A DNA stretch of 64,000 bases, taken from assembly GCF_009914755.1 (NCBI RefSeq), contig NC_060927.1. One strand, given 5' to 3'. The notes under the pieces were generated by a model that worked only from the letters and a program-made list of their open reading frames with translations, did not search any database and was not told the DNA's origin. The DNA comes from the human T2T-CHM13v2.0 reference genome, Homo sapiens. This document shows, piece by piece, positions 1-14,832 of this stretch (position 1 is the stretch's first letter; every line of letters begins with the position of its first letter). The position numbers were made by a program, and so were the translations under genes.

Positions 1-14
1 CCACTAAGAAAAAA

Positions 15-312
15 TTTTTTTTCTTTTTCTTTTTTCTTTTTTTAATGAGACGGGAGTCCAGACTGGAGAGCAGTGGCACAATCATGGCTGCAGCCTTGAC
101 CTCCCAGGCTCAAGTGATCCTCCAACCTCAGTCTTCCAAGTAGCTGGGACTACAAGCATGCACCACCGCACCTGGCTAATTTTTGTATTTTTTGTAGTGA
201 TGGAGTTTCGCCATGTTGCCCAGGCTGGTCTCAAACTCGTGGGCTCAAGCTATCTACCCGCCTCAACCTCCCATAGTGCTGGGATTACAAGCATGAGCCA
301 CGGTGCCCAGCC
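15..312 (-). mobile_element. AluJ
   Basis: T-tail then Alu body with J-type gctcaagtgatcctcc. Confidence 0.9.
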
Positions 313-642
313 AGGAAAATTATTTTTAATAATTCCAAAATAGCAAGTTTATAACAAGTATTAAGTTTTTGTCTTTCAAAAGACAAAACCTTTTTGTGGA
401 AGAACCCTCTAACAACTGATTAGTCTGATTTTTTTTTCAAACACTTATGAAATGATACATGTTGTCTCCAGGAATATTTAATTTGTATTTTAAGATTAAC
501 GCATTTAATAAAACCATAAACAACCACTGACTTTTATTTCAAACAGGTCCCCATTTACTAAAACCTTGACCTTTGACTGTGTTATATTCTATTAAAAGTA
601 ACAACATTCTACATATGATTTAATTCTCCCTGTAATCTAATA

Positions 643-754
643 AAGGCATTCCACTAAATATATATATATTTTTAATTTCACTTAAAAATATATATAAAGG
701 CATTTCACTTAAAAATATATATATATATTTAAGATATATATATATATCTTAAAT
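643..754. repeat. (TA)n-rich low-complexity repeat
   Basis: Repeated tttcacttaaaaatatatata units and TA runs. Confidence 0.8.
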
Positions 755-1444
755 CTCCCACATATTCAGAGCATAGGGAAAGAAATGTGTATGAGCTGAG
801 AAAGGAGGAAATAAAAGCACTAGAGGAATGGGGGGGTGGCTACAGGGAGGGAAGAAAAGTGTTTTAATAAACATTTCCATAACTTAATACCCGCTTAGAT
901 TTTCAAAATTCTAGTTTGATTTTTTTACTGTTTGATTTTATACTCTGTGCTATAGCTTATATTTGAATTACTAGTATCCCATAACCTGAAATTAAACTCA
1001 ACTAAATCTCTTGAGGTGTATAACAAGCTATACAGAATTACTAAAGTAATAAATAATTATGTTTCATTTAGTCTGTTAACTACCCTAAAGGATGGAATTT
1101 TACTAATATAATCTATTAATATTGTTTCATAGACTATCACTAGTTTTCAATTTGATAAAGCTAGAAGGGAGGCAATATGCAGGGGTTTCAAACTGGCATC
1201 CATAGGCCACTTCCAGTGAGCAAACAATTCATTCTGCGTAAACTGCCAAGATTTTTTAAACTGGACATTTCACATAAAAATTTAGATTTTTAACTTACCT
1301 CAAAAAAAAAATCACTAGATTCATAGTTCTGGTCCCACTGCTGTCAATGCTCCCCAGCTGCCCACTAGACAACTTTCCTCCCCACTTTCTGTGGCTTACG
1401 AAGTTCCACAGGAAGTAGGGTTTGTAATCCCTAAATAGAGTGTG

Positions 1445-1543
1445 GAGGCAGTCAGATCCTGACTCGAATCCCAGCTCCCCCACCTCCAAGTTGCACAACC
1501 CAGGGCAAGTAGTTTACCCTCTTTAAGTTTCAATTTCACCATC
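1445..1543 (+). mobile_element. MIR fragment (interrupted by the THE1 LTR)
   Basis: tcgaatcccagctcc...gggcaagtagtttaccctct...tttcaccatc core. Confidence 0.65.
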
Positions 1544-1548
1544 ATGAC

Positions 1549-1925
1549 TGATACTGTTTGGTTCTGTGTCCCCACCCAAATCTCACCTTGAATTGTAGTT
1601 CCCATAATCCCCATGTGTCATGGGAGGGACCCAGTGGGAGGTAATTTAATCATGGGGGTGGTTACCCTCATACTGTTCTCATGATAGTAAGTGAGTTCTC
1701 ATCAGGTCTGATTATTTTTAAAAGGTAGTTTCCCCCTTTTGCTCAGCACTTCTCCTTCCCGCCACCATGTGAAGAAGGACGAGTTTGCTTCCCCTTCCAC
1801 CATGATTGTAAGTTTCCTGAGGCCTTCCCAGCCCTGTGGAACTAGGAGTAAATTAAACCTCTTTCCCTTATAAATTACCCAGTCTCAGGCAGTTCTTTAT
1901 AGCAGCATGAGAATGGACTAATACA
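1549..1925 (+). mobile_element. THE1 (THE1C-like) solo LTR, ERVL-MaLR
   Basis: TGAT...AATACA termini, 377 bp, 5-bp TSD atgac/acgac. Confidence 0.93.
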
Positions 1926-2355
1926 ACGACAAAGAAGATAATAATCATTTATAATTCAGGGGTTAAAAGTGAAATAATATATATAGTACAAAATACAAAA
2001 TTAAATCTTCAATAAATGATAGTTATTATTATACTACTTGGATTAAAATTCCTAAACCTAATTAACTAAGATTTACCATGAATGTTTCCCACCTTCTGTA
2101 GACCCTAAAGAAAAAAACTAAATCACTATTGCCTTATCACTCCATAGGGCTCCTTGGTAAAATAAGGATAGGAATAATAAATATCTTATAGGGCTATCAT
2201 ATTAAAATACGTTAATACATATAAAAATGCTAAAAATGGTACATGGCACATACTAACCTCTAAAAAGAGTTGTTATTACAGTAGTAATTGTTGTTTCAGG
2301 GGGCTGGCACATATAACCTTTAATAAATGTTTGATGAGGAGAAGCAAGTCAGTGA

Positions 2356-2770
<415 letters not shown>

Positions 2771-5700
2771 TAAAGCTGAAAAACTCAGTGAAAACCAAAT
2801 CACTCTGAACATGTAAAAACAAACCTAATGTTCTGGGCTCAAACACAAATTATTATTAAACTCTTGACAGAAACCAAAGAGCTGATTCCAAACATAAAGC
2901 ATGCACATTATATGGTGTCCGTAATTTATTTTCCAACAAGTTTTAGAGTAGTCCTGTTTCAAGATTGCTAGAACCAGACCAGTCTAGGCTGTGCTTTCTT
3001 TCCAATTCTTCTCTGCCTCTTCAAGAACCTCAGCAGCAGACTTCAGGAACAGTGGAAAGGGGGATCTCACTACCTTTTAGGATAGTAGTTATAAAATCTC
3101 AGCCTTTAAAAACAAAGAATGAAGAAAAAAGTCTGGTCAAGCAGCAACAGTGGTTCTCTATCAATTGGTACCAAAATGATGATTTGATCTTTAGCATACT
3201 AATCATCTCAGTTGATGTAGTTTTTAATTAGTCTGGGAATAATAAAGAAGCTCAATTCTTCAAGTATTTAACAAAGGATAAAGACAGTCTTTCCTGGCTA
3301 AAGTAGTAGGCATATTCCAGATTCCTGGCCATGTCAGGGAAATCCTTTCATAGCATTCAAAACAATGAGGAAAAGCAACAGAATTGACTCAAAAAGAGTA
3401 ATTTCCTTTCCAACCTAAATAAACTTTACACAAACTTGCCTTTGATAATCGACTAAACAAGCTGCACCACTAGCATCAAGGGAGGGTGTGCAGATATCTA
3501 GCAGGTGCTGCAGTTTATCACAAAACCGTCTAAAATAATTGGAAGTGACAACCAGCACTACCACAAATGATTTATTAGTCTTTCACTCAGCTTTTCAGCT
3601 TCCTTAGGGCCAGAATAAATAATTTACCAACTCCGTATCTTCCAATCATTAATTCTTCCCAATGCATCCAAACTACATTTAACTCTGCTAGGTTCAGTCA
3701 AATAAAACACACAATAAGAATATTTTTCCAAATATAAAATTATCTGACCACATGTAAAGGCAAACATGTCAATCAAAGATGTACAATACAGATGCAGAAG
3801 GACTCAAAGTCAGCAACTGCAGTCAAGTTTGAGGGTGCTCGTGGAATAAATTAAGTGAACAAGAAAGCAGAGCCTAGCAAAGTGCTTCTCTCGTAGATGA
3901 AAAAAGACTCCAGTGACTCTGGACAGCAAACCAAAAAGGCAACCTAAGCACACTGAGTGACAGAGATTTTAAACCTCAAGCATCATCATCTCACAATAGT
4001 GAATTCACTGATTGACGGCCTCCCCCAAAGTGTCCCACAAATTGTAGAAAATATTCAATATCCTTAATCAAAAAAAGGTGGAAAAGTTAAGACCTATATG
4101 AATTTCAAGCAAAGTAGACTTAATAAAGTACAAAACAAGGCATCTTCTTTAAGGCATTTTAATAGCTATTTTGAATGGGTTTACAGGACAATTACAAACT
4201 CCTGTGAATTCAAAAATAGATGTGAAAATCAAAGAAATAAACATTCTCCCCCAAATGTGATAATGATGTTAAAAGGTATGTCTATTAATTATATAGAAAA
4301 AACATACAAAAAGCAAAAATTACATCCTAAATCTATTTTTGATGTTAAGCTAGTCTTGTCTCATTAAATCAGCATCTATGATTAAAACAGAGATCATTTT
4401 TGGTACATAACGTATTGCACTATGAGAGCAGCATCTGTTTATTACACAGCATAAACATTTTTCAGCTTTCTGAAACTACTGACATTCAATAAATGATCCA
4501 GACCTAGCAATTCACTTAAGCTTCTTTTTTATTTCAAGAAGAAATACTTTAAGTGAAAGAGTTAATAAAACTGATAGTCTAACAATCGGCATTCTATAAG
4601 CCAGCTTCAAGCTGTTGGGCATACAAAGAATTTCATAAATTGACAGCTTTCTCTTTAATGGTTTGAGAGTGCACCACAACCCAAATCTTAAGTGTGTAAT
4701 AGATGTTTAAATATACTTTTAAACATATGACTTCTACCAAATACATGATTTTTTGCAAAATATAAAACACCTTAAAATTAAATTAGCTGAACTGAAAATG
4801 ATAATATAAATTTGAACCTAAAGAATGCAACTTACATTATACAATTTTTTAAAATGTCTAAAAACATTCCAAAATGTTTACAAAATAAGAATGTATTTTT
4901 TTCAATACTCAAGAGTTCACTGTTAACTGAAAGAATTATATACCTGGGCACAAAATCATATTGTTCATATTAAGCAAAACCATGTCTTATTTATGCACAG
5001 ATCCAGCACACACGTTGCTGTGGCAAAATAAACTCCAAATAGCACAGGTCCTAGCCTCCCACAGGTTACAATAAAGCAAAAATATAAAAACTAGAAAACA
5101 CCTACTTTTTAAAGGCATCTTTTTCAAACAGATGCAAAACATACAAAGATTTTTATGTTTTTTTGTACTAGGAGGTTGGGAGGAGTCAGAGGACATCTGT
5201 TGAAAAGAAAAGCATGACAGTGTTGTCTGCAGGCTTCTTTGCCAGGAATGGAAACAGTGGATCGGCCTGTAAAGACAGGAAATTCAATAAGAAAAAAGAA
5301 AGCAAAATACTGCTCTAGTGGCATCAAATTGCCTAAGGATGCTGCCTAGTGCCAGAACCTGGATACAATGCTATAAGAATTGATGGCAGCTTGTCCGTGT
5401 GCTGAAAACACCGAGCCCTACAGAGCTCCATGAATATCTGTGGAAGAAGTCTATGCAAAGTATCCTGACCCTTAATGTCTGTCAAAAGAGAAACAGGTAT
5501 ACAAATTGTGGTTTTGATGTTGTTCTATCATGAAATATTACACAACAGTTAAAATGAATCAACCAGGTGTAAAAAATCACAGCAAGTAACCGTTGAGGAA
5601 TAACGATGGCTAAGAAGGAAAAAAATTGCAAATAATAGAATAACAACAAATAATGGAATATTTCAGTTAGGTAACCTTTAAGAACATTTAATGTTAATGG

Positions 5701-5857
5701 ACACATAAATGTAGTAATAATACAAAAACAGGAAAGATATAAACCAATTTCGGTATGGCAGTTATCTCTGGGAAGGGAAAGACTTTAAAAATACATGTGG
5801 TGGCATACTAATTCCGCATGGTAAATACACGTTTGCCTGTTCTACTTATTTTCTGTA

Positions 5858-5858
5858 C

Positions 5859-5889
<31 letters not shown>

Positions 5890-6174
5890 TGAGACAGGGT
5901 CTCACCTGTCACTCAGGCTGGAGTACGGTGGCATGATCTCGGCTCACTGCAGCCTCTACCTAACCAGGCTCAGTTGATCCTCCCACCTCAGCCTCCCGAG
6001 TACCTGAGACTACAGGCATGTGCCACCATGCCCAGATAATGTTTGTATTTTTTTTTTTGCAGAGAGGGTTTCGCCGTATTGCCCAGCCTGGTCTCGATCG
6101 CATGGCTCAAGCAATCTGCCTGCCTCAGCCTCCCAAAGTGCTTGGATTACAAGCATGAGTTACTGCACCCAGCC
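5858..6174 (-). mobile_element. AluJ
   Basis: Full Alu; TSD tgtactttct / tatactttct. Confidence 0.9.
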
Positions 6175-8853
6175 TATACTTTCTAAAATTTTTAAAATCT
6201 AAGCCACAAAATGAACAATTTTCTTCTTAAAAAATTTAAAAGGTTTTACAATATTCTTACCTGAAACGTGAAGGTCTATCTTCTTTAAAATCACTGGTTT
6301 GGCCAGTCTTCATATTCTAAAAACTTTTAATTTAAATCTAAGACACTAAAAATTCTACCCTCTTTTCACAAGTTACTTGATTTAGTAACAATTTCAAGTC
6401 AAGTTCTCAGGAGATCTCATGCTTTTATTTCAAAAATGAACTGAAGGACTCCACCATGCAGATCTCCTGAATGAAGTTAAAGATACTCTCATCAAGGGGC
6501 TTTTAAATAAATAGTTCTCTCATTTGCTATGAGAACAAACAGGCTTGAGAGCCTGACTCCCAATTCCTTGACTCTGACTTCCCTGGGGGAATCTGTCACT
6601 TCATTAGTGAGTTAAGTTCTTTTCCATTTTCTTTGTTATGTGAGGTGTTAAACTTCTACATATTTGAAAAAAAAAAATCCTAGTAAGACTTTGGACATAT
6701 CAATTGAAACCTTAATGAAATTCAGTACCACAAGTACAAGTTTTTTCATCTTGTGTTAACCTTTCCTGCAGCCAAATTTCTTTTAAGTCCAACTCCATTT
6801 CTTTATATGCCTTTGAAAATTTGACAGGTCATCTATTGCGAAATAGAAACAAGATGCCTCTCATTTACAATTAAATTTGTACATGAAAACAAAAGTTTAA
6901 TATACTTTTTGTCACCATGAAGAAAATATGAGAGATATTAATTTCCATAAAAACTGATAAATATTCTCTCAAAGTAGCAACCATCTGATTTCAAAAAAAT
7001 TACTACCTTGTTATCTTAAATGAGAAATGATATCCAACTTATATTGATGTTTTTCTATCTGAAGTATGTCATGCAATATTGTAATTTATCTCATAAATCT
7101 ACTAGAGTGTGATCAAATCCTATCAACTCTGATTGGCATAAATTTGAAACTATGAAGCAATCACATCTGTTAAGCAGTTTTAGGTTCCTAGACAACATTT
7201 TTAAAGTTCATACAATAACATAATTATACTTTTTTTTCTAGGACCTTCCTGCACTGGGTTTGAGCTTTTCATAAACTTTGTTTGTGTATACAAGATTCAA
7301 TATAACATAGAAAGTACAGTAAACAATAAAAGATGGAAGTGGGGGAGATGAAGTGATAGAGATGGTCTAAGTGGTACACTCAAGAAAATAAGGTCACAAG
7401 GTGGGGAAAATGAGTTCATTTGAGTGAAAAAATATAGCATATATTTAATTTTATCCTGAAACTACTCTTGAAAATGAATGTTGAATTTAAATGAAAATAC
7501 GTGAACATAGAATAAAGAATCCCAACCATGTTTTATGAAGCAAAATACTAGTATACAGCAGAAACTTACTATCTATATGTTTTTGGTGTAAAAACTCTAA
7601 TTTTTAAAATTTGAATGGTTTAATGAAAAGATTACATAGTATGTATAGGGATCAAAAAGTAAAAAATAAATATCCCCAAAGTAATTCTATGCAACTTTAA
7701 GAACGTTTCTAACAAGTAAGCAAACGCAAGCATAAAAATGAACAGTCTGAGTTACAGATAACTCAGACTATGGCTACCAAGACAGATTATTAAAAATAAA
7801 ATTCAGAACACTGTTAAGTAACTTTATCAAGTATCAATCCTTTCTGTCTTTATACACATCATGCCTAAGATATGACTTAGGAATGTGTGAACGTTCTACT
7901 AAAGATAGCTGAACTAGTAGAAACTCCATTTGAGCCATTCATTGGTAACTGATCATATACAGTTTCGAGATATTTCCTATCCTCCTAATCCTTACACCTG
8001 TCACTCTTTACATGCATACAGCTTCTTAAGAAAAGATACGTTCCTAAAGTGAGTATCTCTTCAACTTCACTGCAAACCAACCAGGGTCTTGTATGTACTC
8101 AATACCTATTTGCTGATTCACTAATTTTAACTTATATGAAAGGAGGAGTCATGAGTTAAACAGTTTAAATTAAAGCAATTATATTTCCTACCTTTAAAGT
8201 TAAAATCGATAAAACTAAACAAAACATGATGATCAAAGGAAAACTTCCAAAAAGAGACAACAGGTAATTATGATGGTGAAATTTCATCAAGAGAGTGACA
8301 AAGATTTTTTTAACCAAATCTTGTGCTTCAGATGTTTTCCTTTTGTCTGTGGATATGACATGCTTTCACAGAACAAAAAGACGTTTCCTTAGAATTTATT
8401 ATTTTACTATTTGGAATGATTGAAATGATATGCTAATGGAAGAAAATAAGACTTTTTCTGTATTATTTGCCCTTTACTATATGATATTGTTATACTCTCC
8501 TTAACACGTAAAACTATCCACTAGTCATTCTATTTTTTTCAATATCTTGTATCTTAATTCCTAATTAAATGCATCAAGAAAGATTCTCCATTACAATGAA
8601 ACTCTCATGACTACTTTGTCATTTAGCTTTAATATAAAGACATTTCTCTGATTACCCCAGGATGACAACAGTATTAATATTTTACTAAAAGAAATAAATC
8701 TCCATTAAGTTTTTAAAACTCAATCAAACATTAATTGAAATAGGATTAAAATAAGAAATAATTTCAATCCTTCTGACTAAATTGTACTGTTGTTATCTAT
8801 TATCTACCTCATTTCTGCATTTTGTTTATGTTTTCATTCATCTAAGAAATATG

Positions 8854-10708
8854 TCAGCAAAGTCTCAGGATACAAACTTAACGTGCAAAAATCACAAGCA
8901 TTCCTATACACCAATAACAGACAAACAGAGGGCCAAATCACGAGTGAACTCCCATTCACAATTGCTACCAAGAGAATAAAATACCTAGGAATCCAACTTG
9001 CAAGGGATGTGAAGGACTTCTTCAAGGAGAACTACAAACCACTGCTCAACGAAATAAAAGAGGATACAAACAAATGGAAGAACATTCCATGCTCTTGGAT
9101 AGGAAGAATCAATATCGTGAAAATGGCCATACTGCCCAAGGTAATTTATAGATTCAATGCCATCCCCATCAAGCTACCAATGACTTGCTTCACAGAATTG
9201 GAAAAAACTACTTTAAAGTTCATATGGAACCAAAAAAGAGCCTGCATTGCCAAGACAATCCTAAGCAAAAAGCACAAAGCTGGAGGCATCATGCCACCTG
9301 ACTTCAAACTATACTACAAGGCTACAATAACCAAAACAGCATGGTACTGGTACCAAAACAGAGATATAGACCAATGGAACAGAACAGAGGCCTCAGAAAT
9401 AATACCACACATCTACAACCATCTGATCTTTGACAAATCTGACACAAACAAGAAATGGGGAAACAATTCCCTATTTAATAAATGGTGCTGGGAAAACTGG
9501 CTAGCCATATGGAGAAAGCTGAAACTGGATCCCTTCCTTACACCTTATACAAAAATTAATTCAAGATGGATTAAAGACTTAAATGTTAGACCTAAAACCA
9601 TAAAAACCCTAGAAGAAAACCTAGGCAATACCATTCAGGACATAGGCATGGGCAAGGACTTCAAGTCTAAAACACCAAAAGCAATGACAACAAAAGCCAA
9701 AACTGACAAATGGGATCTAATTAAACTAAAGAGCTTCTGCACAGCAAAAGAAACTACCATCAGAGTGAACAGGCAACCTATAGAATGGGAAAAAATTTTT
9801 GCAATCTACTCATCTGACAAAGGGCTAATATCCAGAATCTACAATGAACTCAAACAAATTTACAAGAAAAAAACAACCCCATCAAAAAGTGGGTGAAGGA
9901 TGTGAAAAGACATTTCTCAAAAGAAGACATTTATGCAGCCAAAAGACACATGAAAAAATGCTCATCATCACTGGCCATCAGAGAAATGCAAAGCAAAACC
10001 ACAATGAGATACCATCTCACACCAGTTAGAATGGTGATCATTAAAAAGTCAGGAAACAGGTGCTGGAGAGGATGTGGAGAAATAGGAACACTTTTACACT
10101 GTTGGTGGGACTGTAAACTAGTTCAGCCAAAGTGGAAGACAGTGTGGCAATTCCTCAAGGACCCAGAACTAGAAATGCCATTTGACCCAGCCATCCCATT
10201 ACTGGGTATATACCCAAAGGATTATAAATCATGCTGCTATAAAGACACATGCACACGTATGTTTATTGCGGCACTATTCACAATAGCAAAGACTTGGAAC
10301 CAACCCAAATGTCCAACAATGACAGACTGAATTAAGAAAATGTGGCACATATACACCATGGAATACAATGCAGCCATAAAAAATGATGAGTTCATGTCCT
10401 TTGTAGGGACATGGATGAAGCTGGAAACCATCATTCTCAGCAAACTATCACAAGGTCAAAAAAACCAAACACTGCATGTTCTCACTCATAGGTGGGAATT
10501 GAACAATGAGAACACTTGGACACAGGAAGGGGAACACCACACACCAGGGCCTGTTGTGGGGTAGGGGGAGGGATAGCATTAGGAGATATACCTAATGTAA
10601 ATGACGAGTTAATGGGTGCAGCACACCAGCATGGCACATGTATACATATGTAACAAACCTGCACGTTGTGCACATGTACCCTAGAACTTAAAAGTATAAT
10701 TTAAAAAA
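8854..10708 (+). mobile_element. 5'-truncated L1 (L1PA4/5-like), ORF2 C-terminus plus 3'UTR
   Basis: ORF2 fragments in track ORFs 8790-9896 and 9893-10330. TSD aagaaatatg at 8844-8853 and 10709-10718. Confidence 0.95.
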
Positions 10709-11229
10709 AAGAAATATGCTTTCCACAAAAACATTGATAAAAATAAGACAATTCCTGTTCTTATTATAAGCAATAAACTAGTAATTATAATGTGGCACAA
10801 TAAGTGCTCTAATAAGGTATGTAGGAGGTGAGGTAAGATAACTAAAGAATCACAGAAAGTTTTCAAGAGCTGCATCTTGCAAAATGAGTACACAAAACAA
10901 CTGGTTCACCAAACACAGATTAACCACATGAAATTGCTTCTTCTCCCTCCCAAAACCCTACTAAAATAGCAGTTAATAATTTTTTAAGGTGTATTTCACA
11001 AGGACAAAAAAGTGGAAGTGGAGAGAAAAACAGAAAGAAGATCACAAATTTTTGGAAAACAGATGAATAACTTATCAAAAGAAGTTACTCATAACAGAAC
11101 ACATCAGAAAAGACACTAAGAAGCAAATCATTCTGCCCACAATCAGGCAATGACTCAACCTCACACATCCCACTTCTACACTGGTGCTGAATCTCCAACT
11201 AAGAGAACTGAGGGAAAAAGAGGGATAAA

Positions 11230-11600
11230 AAAAAAAAAAAAACAGGAAAAGAAAATAATTCAAGATAACATCCCAAACTGAAAGACATTTGCTCTTAAAA
11301 GGGTCCTCTGAAGATTCATTTAAAAAAATGAATAAAACCCATTCTAAGACATATTATCATAGAATTTCAGAGATAAAGAAATGATCCTAAAGCCTTCTAG
11401 AATATTAAGAACAAGCCATATATAGCCAGGAAAAAAAAAGTGGTGGACAAAAAAAAGTGGCAATGGATTTCTCAGTAGTAACACTGAATGTTGTGAAATG
11501 AAGCCTTTAATATCTAAAATAAAATTATCTACAATCTAGAATTCTATATCCAAACCATTAATCAAGTCTGAGAGTAAAATAGAGTTATTTCAACCTTTCC
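11230..11600 (+). mobile_element. Ancient L1M/HAL1 ORF1 remnant
   Basis: ctaagacatattatcatagaatttcag, atcctaaagcc, gatttctcagtag and ctagaattctatatcc motifs. Confidence 0.55.
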
Positions 11601-12789
11601 TAGGGCCTATTTCCATATAATGAAAAAGTTACAGAAAAAAAAAAAACAATGAGTTGGGATCCACGGATATGAACAAAGTAAAGGTATCCAATCTCTGAGG
11701 AGATTGCTAAAATGTGGGACAGTGTGACTACTATCTATCCCAGAATTCCTGCCACACTGTCAAGGCATACATACATGAAGTTTGTATAATGCAACAGAGA
11801 CCACACCCTCCTAAAACAGAAGGTAAATGGAACAGGTAAAGAAATGTAATACAAGAAGTTACAGAGATGTTTTATAATAGATTATTGGAAACAAGACCAG
11901 AATAATACTGAACACTGGGCAACATAAAAGTAATTTTAATACACAATTTTAACGCATTTATTATTATTATTCTAAAAAATGAAACTTCAATATTCAAAAT
12001 GACAATCATGAATTTTTTAAAAATCCTTGTTAATTGATAAAATTTAATGAGATGCACAAATCTTAAATTAACTTTGCTGTTAAAAGAAGTCTTAAAATCC
12101 TGCTGTGTATTTGCAATTGTTTAGCTCTCAGTAACTGTATTACTGAACTGAAAATTTTTCAACTAAATATCTACTTAGAAACACTATAAATTAGGAAGTG
12201 GAAAGAATATGTGAAGTACATTATACATTAATATTGAGACAATTTATTTTACTTAAGCTTCCCCTCCACACAAATTTCTCCTAAATTATCAGATTCTTCA
12301 TTTTATAAAAACTTATCAATATTTTTATATAGTGAAGTATTACTGATTTATCTTTGAACAGAGTTTGGTCAAGTAGATATTCAAAAGTTTTGTGGTACTT
12401 GGGACAATCTGTAGTCTGAGACTAGCTGACCCTTGCATTGCAGAATACCTAGCATATCTGGTCCCCATCCATTAAATGCCAAAAACACTCTCACAATCGT
12501 GACAAGTGAAAATCCCAAACCAATATGTGAAACTTCCTTATGGAGCAGCACCAACCTTGTTTGAAAACTCTTAGTCTAAAAGTCTTACATTAAGAAAAAG
12601 CCTGCTAGGGTGTGGAAACAATAGAAAAAAGTCTGAAGGAAACACTTTTATCAGTTATACTAAAAGTTTTAATTTATCAATTTTATCCTCATCTAAATGT
12701 TCTTTCTTTAGATGCATTTTTTGGTACTCTGTACTGAGGATGACTTAAAGAGATCTGATATAATCACTCTAGAATATATGTATATTCGC

Positions 12790-13080
12790 TTTTTTTTTTT
12801 TTAAAGACAGGGTCTTGCTATGTCATCCAGGCTGGAGTGCACTGGGGTGATCACGGCTCATTGCAGCCTCAATCTCCTAGATTCAAGCAATCCTCCCTCC
12901 TCAGCATGGGACCACAGGTACACACCACCATATCTGGCTGATTTTTTTTATTTTTATATTTGTAGAGATAGGATCTCCCTATGTTCCTCAGGTTGATCTC
13001 AAACTCCTGGGCGCAAGTGATCCTCCTGCCTCAGCCTCCCAGAGTGCTGGGACTACAGACGTGAGCTACAGTGCCTGGCT
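12790..13080 (-). mobile_element. AluJ
   Basis: Alu body; TSD tattcgctttt / tattcactttt. Confidence 0.9.
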
Positions 13081-14282
13081 ATTCACTTTTTAATAAAAGG
13101 CTTTCCTATATATGATCTTTTTAATACTCATTTAGATAGCCAAACTAAAGTCAAATATAGGATCTAAGGCATGTCTTTTATATAATTTGTGTGATATTGT
13201 TTTTGTTGTTATTGCTATGTTGTTTGGTTTTTACTGTTTCTATGAACAATATCAGTACTAAGATGGTCAATACTGAGACACTGTATCAAGTCACTGTGGT
13301 ATTTAGTATTATTAAAGGCTCCTATATATCACTATTATGTAACAGCCTAAGAAATCCCTGAAGTACAACAGGGTCCCCTTTTTTGTTTGCAAACTCTAAA
13401 TTTAATAAGGATCTATTTAATTAGTCCAGAATTCAAATACATGCCAAATTTTGCAACCACATGGGAGGTAGGCAGAAAGAGATTTGAAACACTTCCATGA
13501 GAACAACCTTGATTGCTCTACTAAAACATCAGTGCAGGGACCCAAACTACTTCATATGCTGTCCACAAAATGGATGAGGCATGAAAGAAATCTTGTGTTT
13601 ACCGTGACCTTTGGCTGTACTTTTACTTGTCATAATTATAAAGAAGCTACTCTGAGAGCCCACACATAAGACATAGTATTTCTCTTAGAACTATAGTAAA
13701 GTATTTCAGGAAGGGCTTCATACCGTAACTAACTGGAGGCAGAATACATGGGTAGTTCTTTCCTTTTTTGTTAGGTATAATAGGCATTTCTGAACAAAGA
13801 AAAAGTTCTCATATTATACATATGAATAAGATTTATTGCACAAGAATTTTTCCAATTGTTTAATGCACATTCAAGTACAAATACGCCACTCTGGTTACCT
13901 GGTTCAACTTAACAAGTCATGTATGTTCTAAACACAAAAACTACAAATTAAAATTGTGCAATGTAACTATGACTTTAATAATGTAATTTGCCATGTCAGA
14001 TAAATACATATCAGGAGGAAATTCAAAAGAAAACTATAGAAAAAAATTAACTTACTCTCATCTAGAGATTTCTATTTTCCCACACAGAATTTCACCAAGG
14101 AAAAATAGTTGTTTTCGGAAATGTTTTGGCAAAACTGCCAACTTTATCAACATATGTGACATGTAACACGCTTTTAAAGAAAGAAAAGACCACTGGATCA
14201 TCCAACATGAAATTATAAATTCTAAAGGCATAACAAACAGGATTAGATTTCACGAAAATGTCAAACATACTACAAATTAGAA

Positions 14283-14671
14283 CATGGGTCTCCAACCCCC
14301 AGGCCATGGATTGGTTCAGGTAGGTGGCCTGTTAGAAGCCAGGCCACACAGCAAGAAGTGAGTGGCAGACCAGCCAGCAAAGCTTCCTCTGTATTTACGG
14401 CCGCTCCTCATCAGTCGCATGACTTACCTGAGCTCTGCCTCCTGTAAGATCATCAGCAGCATTAGATTCTCATACGAATGCAAACCCTACCATGAACTGC
14501 GCATGCAAGGGAGCTAGGTTGCCTGCACCTTATGAGAATCTAACTAATGCTTGATGATCTGAGGTGGAACAGTTTCTTCTGGAAACCATCCCTACCCTTC
14601 CCCCCACCGTCCATATAAAAATTGTCTTCCATGAAACCAATCCCTGGTGCCAAAAAGGTTGGGAACTGCTG
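14283..14671 (+). mobile_element. MER1B-type hAT-Charlie DNA transposon
   Basis: TIRs catgggtctccaacc / ggttgggaactgctg; perfect 8-bp TSD aattagaa at 14275 and 14672. Confidence 0.9.
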
Positions 14672-14718
14672 AATTAGAAGATTTACAAGGCAAACGAAGC
14701 ACAAAAATTTCTTTAACA

Positions 14719-14832
14719 GGCCAGGTGTGATGGCTCACTGCTGTAATCCCAGCATTTTGGGAGGCCAAGACAGGAGGACTGCTTGAGCCCAGGAGTTCAA
14801 GACCCCATCTCTAGAAAAATAAAATAAAATAA
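14719..14832 (+). mobile_element. Alu monomer (FLAM/AluJ left arm)
   Basis: Single monomer with an A-rich tail. Confidence 0.8.

Noticed and set aside
8790-9896. 368-aa ORF with a hydrophobic N-terminus, as a possible domesticated protein
   Set aside because: It is L1 ORF2 C-terminal sequence read in from flanking DNA. The start is TTG, it lacks EN and the RT core, and it frameshifts at ~9875.
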